In this document: one piece after another, positions 61,212 through 64,000 of the stretch
Layout: each line of letters starts with the position of its first letter
Position numbering within the stretch: position 1 is the stretch's first letter
Assembly: GCA_051874735.1 (NCBI GenBank)
Contig: JBJEGD010000026.1
Location: 91,452 to 155,451, forward strand
DNA length: 64,000 nucleotides
Direction: 5' to 3'
DNA from: Candidatus Bruticola sp.
GTDB taxonomy: Bacteria; Vulcanimicrobiota; Xenobia; Xenobiales; Xenobiaceae
Notes under the pieces: model-generated
Told to the model about the DNA's origin: nothing
What the model saw: only the letters and a program-made list of their open reading frames with translations
Database searches by the model: none
Made by a program: the position numbers and the translations under genes

Positions 61212-63185
61212 ATGAGCAAGTATGCTACTTACGCTGCTATTGCTTTGGTTTTAGCTTTAGGAACTCCCTGCTTTTCTGCTCCCGATACTTCCAGTCGTGC
61301 GAAAAAAGTTGGCCAGATTAGCACTGATGCTTTTGTGCCCGATTCCAATATGTCCCGCAATCAAATTCCCGATCGTTACAAATGGAATTTGTCCGCTCTT
61401 TTTAAAAATGAGGCTGATTTTGAGGAGGCCTTAATAAAAACTAAAGAGGGAATAGAGTCTATAGCTTCTTATCGCGGTAAGCTGAGCAACAGCGATGCTC
61501 TATATAGCTGTATGCAAGCCTATTTCGATACGCGTCGTCTAGCCAATAGCGTAACTTTATATAGCAATTTGCGTTTAACTACCGATTTGCGCAACGCTCA
61601 GCTGCAGGATATGGATGCTAGAGCCCAGGCGGTGATGCGCAGTTTTATGGCTAATACAGCTTTTATTCGCGATGAACTTCTGAAAATAGATGATAAAGTA
61701 ATTAAACAGGCCGTAGCTGATCATGCTTCTATGCAGGAATTTCTTCCTTGGATTCAAGGAGTACGCCGTCGTCAGGCTCACATTCTTTCTCCTGAAGAAG
61801 AGCGCATTCTCTCCTTAGCTGGGGATAACCAACTGGCTGAAATTGACTTAAATGAACTTCCTTCTGATTTCGAAAAAGCTTTTCAATCGCTTTATTCCGA
61901 TATAAAGCTTCCGGTTATTCAAGATGAAAATGGCCAAGATGTACAGCTAACCTTTTCTAATTACGGTAAGTACAGAGCTAGTAAAGATCGCCGAGTTCGC
62001 CAGGATACTGTTGAAAAGTTCTTTGCCGCTCTCAATGATTATCGCAATACTTTTGCGTCTCTTATGTCCGGTCAGGTTCGCTTCTCATCCTTCTTGGCTC
62101 AGTCCCGCGGTTACGATTCTGCTTTGCAGGCTTACTTAGATAAAGATAACATCCCGGAGCAAGTTTACCGCAATGTTGTGGATACCGTCAAAAATAATAC
62201 AGAACCGCTGCATCGTTATATAGCACTGCGCAAGAAGGTTATGGGACTTCAGGACATACATCTTTACGATCTTTACACTCCCTTAGTTCCGACTGTGAGT
62301 CGCGATATCTCCTACGAAGAAGCCTGTCAGATTATTCCAAAAGCTTTGGCTCCTCTAGGTGAAGAGTATGTAAAATCGCTTACTTATGGTCTCGATTTGA
62401 AAAATGGTTGGGTTGACGTCTATCCTCATGCTGATAAAGACAGCGGGGCCAGCTGCGCCAGTATTTACGGCTGTCATCCTTTTGTAAAGCTCAACTACAT
62501 GAATTCTTTTAATGATATGTCTACGGTGGCCCATGAGTTCGGCCACGCTATGCACAGTAATCTTAACTACGCTAAGCAGAATTATAGTAATTCCGGATAC
62601 GTGCCATTTGTAGCGGAAGTAGCTTCTACTTGCAATGAAAAGTTCTTATCCGATTATCTTATAGCCAATGCTAAAGATGATGCTGAGCGTCTTTATTTGA
62701 TCAATGAAATGCTCGATGCTATCAGGTCTACAATTTATCGCCAGGCTTTGTTCGCCGATTTTGAAATGCGTATCCACGAAGCTAGTGAAAAAGGACAGAC
62801 TCTGACGGCTGACTTCCTCAATAAAACTTATGCTGATTTAATTCGGGAGTATTATGGGCCGGAGTTCACTATCGATGCTAATGACGGCATTGAGTGGGCT
62901 TACATTCCTCATCTTTATTACAAATTCTATGTATTCTCTTATGCTGCCGGTATGTCAAGTGGCATTGCTATTGCTGACAGGGTACATAATGAGGGGGCTC
63001 CTGCTCGCCAGGCTTACTTAGATATGCTCTCTAGTAGTTCTTCTACTCCTCCAGTTGAAATATTGAAGATAGCTGGTGTCGATCTCACTAAACCTGATGC
63101 TGTGAAATCAGCTGCCCAATTAATGGATAAACTTTTAGATGAGATGGAAGCTATTTTAATTAAGCAACATAAAATTGAAAAATAA
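61212..63185 (+). CDS. pepF: M3B oligoendopeptidase F family, secreted
   Basis: GGAGG RBS, signal peptide and zinc site HEFGHAMH with a downstream E (FVAEVAS). Confidence 0.9.
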   Translation: MSKYATYAAIALVLALGTPCFSAPDTSSRAKKVGQISTDAFVPDSNMSRNQIPDRYKWNLSALFKNEADFEEALIKTKEGIESIASYRGKLSNSDALYSCMQAYFDTRRLANSVTLYSNLRLTTDLRNAQLQDMDARAQAVMRSFMANTAFIRDELLKIDDKVIKQAVADHASMQEFLPWIQGVRRRQAHILSPEEERILSLAGDNQLAEIDLNELPSDFEKAFQSLYSDIKLPVIQDENGQDVQLTFSNYGKYRASKDRRVRQDTVEKFFAALNDYRNTFASLMSGQVRFSSFLAQSRGYDSALQAYLDKDNIPEQVYRNVVDTVKNNTEPLHRYIALRKKVMGLQDIHLYDLYTPLVPTVSRDISYEEACQIIPKALAPLGEEYVKSLTYGLDLKNGWVDVYPHADKDSGASCASIYGCHPFVKLNYMNSFNDMSTVAHEFGHAMHSNLNYAKQNYSNSGYVPFVAEVASTCNEKFLSDYLIANAKDDAERLYLINEMLDAIRSTIYRQALFADFEMRIHEASEKGQTLTADFLNKTYADLIREYYGPEFTIDANDGIEWAYIPHLYYKFYVFSYAAGMSSGIAIADRVHNEGAPARQAYLDMLSSSSSTPPVEILKIAGVDLTKPDAVKSAAQLMDKLLDEMEAILIKQHKIEK

Positions 63186-63210
63186 GTTTCTTTTTAGAAA
63201 TTTTTAAAGC

Positions 63211-63247
63211 ATAAACGGCTAGCTCGGCGGGCTAGCCGTTTATTTTG
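63211..63247. terminator. bidirectional hairpin terminator
   Basis: ataaacggctagc pairs with gctagccgtttat, a 13-bp stem, between convergent genes. Confidence 0.75.
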
Positions 63248-63311
63248 ATTTTAGGTAGAGCTGACCATCAGCAGAAAGAAGATCGAGCACCGTTGAGAGG
63301 CGACTTAAGAT

Positions 63312-64000
63312 TCATTTTGGCGAAGACGTCGCTCCGACTTTAAACTGATACAAACGATTGTTAAGTTCAAAACTTTTACTTTTAGGATTGTAGCTTTCGC
63401 GTCCGATTTCTCCCAAATTCGGAGCGTAGTAGGCTCTATAGGAACCGTCCGTCAGTTTACCCTTTTCTCTGCCGAAATAAGTTACGCGCAAGCAGTCGCT
63501 GTAAGAACCCGCTGCTGTGTTTACATCGTAAAGATCAGAATCTACTTGATACCACCGGTTTTCAAACATATATGGAGTATCCAAAGAGGAGAGAGGAGGA
63601 ATTTGTACTGTCAAGTTGATGCCTTCTTGACCTTTATACAAGCGCATGTAGGCCTGACTTTCAGCATCAATAAAATCTATGCCCTGCATTCCTTCTTTGT
63701 CGGGAGTAATGAGACGCTCAGGATCGTTGGGATCGGCCGCTGCATCATGACGTTTCCAATTGCACTTTACATGGGCGAAGGGGATGATATGCTCGTAGTT
63801 ATAGAAAATAAAGCATTGAGATATATTCTCTTTTTTTAAGTTTTCAGGAACTGCAGTCGTGAAAGTTTTTGAGGCGATATTGGGAGCTGCTAAGTATAAA
63901 CCTATGTCAGGCTTAGGCGGAGTTTTGTCTAAAGAAGGACGATTAGTTTTTTCGTAAGCAGCTAATACGGTACGCGGATAAAAATCTTTAGTTTGAGGAT
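63312..64000 (-). CDS. hypothetical protein, 5'-partial (frame is open to the window end)
   Basis: I translated the minus strand by hand from 64000 and found no stop in this frame (..PQTKDFYPRTVLAAYEKTNRPSLDKTPPKPDIGLYL...HVKCNWKRHDAAADPNDPERLITPDKEGMQGIDF..). The track entry 63312..63689 is therefore a truncated view of a longer gene. Confidence 0.6.
   Translation of the reverse strand, partial: PQTKDFYPRTVLAAYEKTNRPSLDKTPPKPDIGLYLAAPNIASKTFTTAVPENLKKENISQCFIFYNYEHIIPFAHVKCNWKRHDAAADPNDPERLITPDKEGMQGIDFIDAESQAYMRLYKGQEGINLTVQIPPLSSLDTPYMFENRWYQVDSDLYDVNTAAGSYSDCLRVTYFGREKGKLTDGSYRAYYAPNLGEIGRESYNPKSKSFELNNRLYQFKVGATSSPK

Noticed and set aside
1-64000. Search for tRNA, rRNA, IS elements, integrases, prophage, toxin-antitoxin or known defence-system genes
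   Set aside because: Nothing was recognisable by eye. There are no cloverleaf-like GC-rich 70-90-nt islands in the spacers, no DDE or tyrosine/serine recombinase motifs, and no phage structural genes. A tRNAscan/Infernal run and a defence-finder run would be needed to be definitive.

Overview
This is a chromosomal, protein-dense window (about 42-45% GC by eye, AT-rich spacers, standard code, many GGAGG ribosome-binding sites and clear hairpin terminators) from a diderm bacterium. I found no rRNA, tRNA, CRISPR array, transposase, integrase or phage genes. The core (24.8-55.3 kb) is an outer-membrane and LPS biogenesis neighbourhood. It runs: BamB-like propeller, bamA, four Skp/OmpH-like genes, short lpxD, a 614-aa orphan, lpxC, fabZ, a Gfo/Idh/MocA oxidoreductase, lpxA, a double-length lpxB fusion and an ICMT-type methyltransferase. 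A convergent six-gene operon follows (unknown, PmbA-like, LpxD-like, membrane protein, metallophosphoesterase, LpxB-related glycosyltransferase). Further on are an LptC-like gene, lptB and an lptF/G-family permease. The flanks carry housekeeping and accessory genes: a sugar nucleotidyltransferase/PMM fusion, a SAM hydrolase, a PLP decarboxylase, a Ycf45/SpoIIIAA-like ATPase, tmk, holB, a GH13 amylase, an S9 peptidase, an EEP nuclease/phosphatase, SGNH, U32, a PPTase, fabI, a Sel1 protein, maa, DUF554, a PSP1/RicT protein and pepF. The lpxC-fabZ-lpxA-lpxB order, the LpxB-related proteins, the Ycf45-like gene and the DUF3084-like gene look cyanobacteria-related (possibly a non-photosynthetic relative). 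The tmk-holB and PSP1 genes recall Firmicutes. Taxonomy is inference only. The most interesting leads are: (1) a lipid A pathway built from split, duplicated and fused parts, with a candidate non-canonical LpxH; (2) three monocistronic 90-aa paralogues under strict purifying selection; (3) an expanded Skp array that includes a 479-aa coiled-coil member; (4) orphan repeat proteins.
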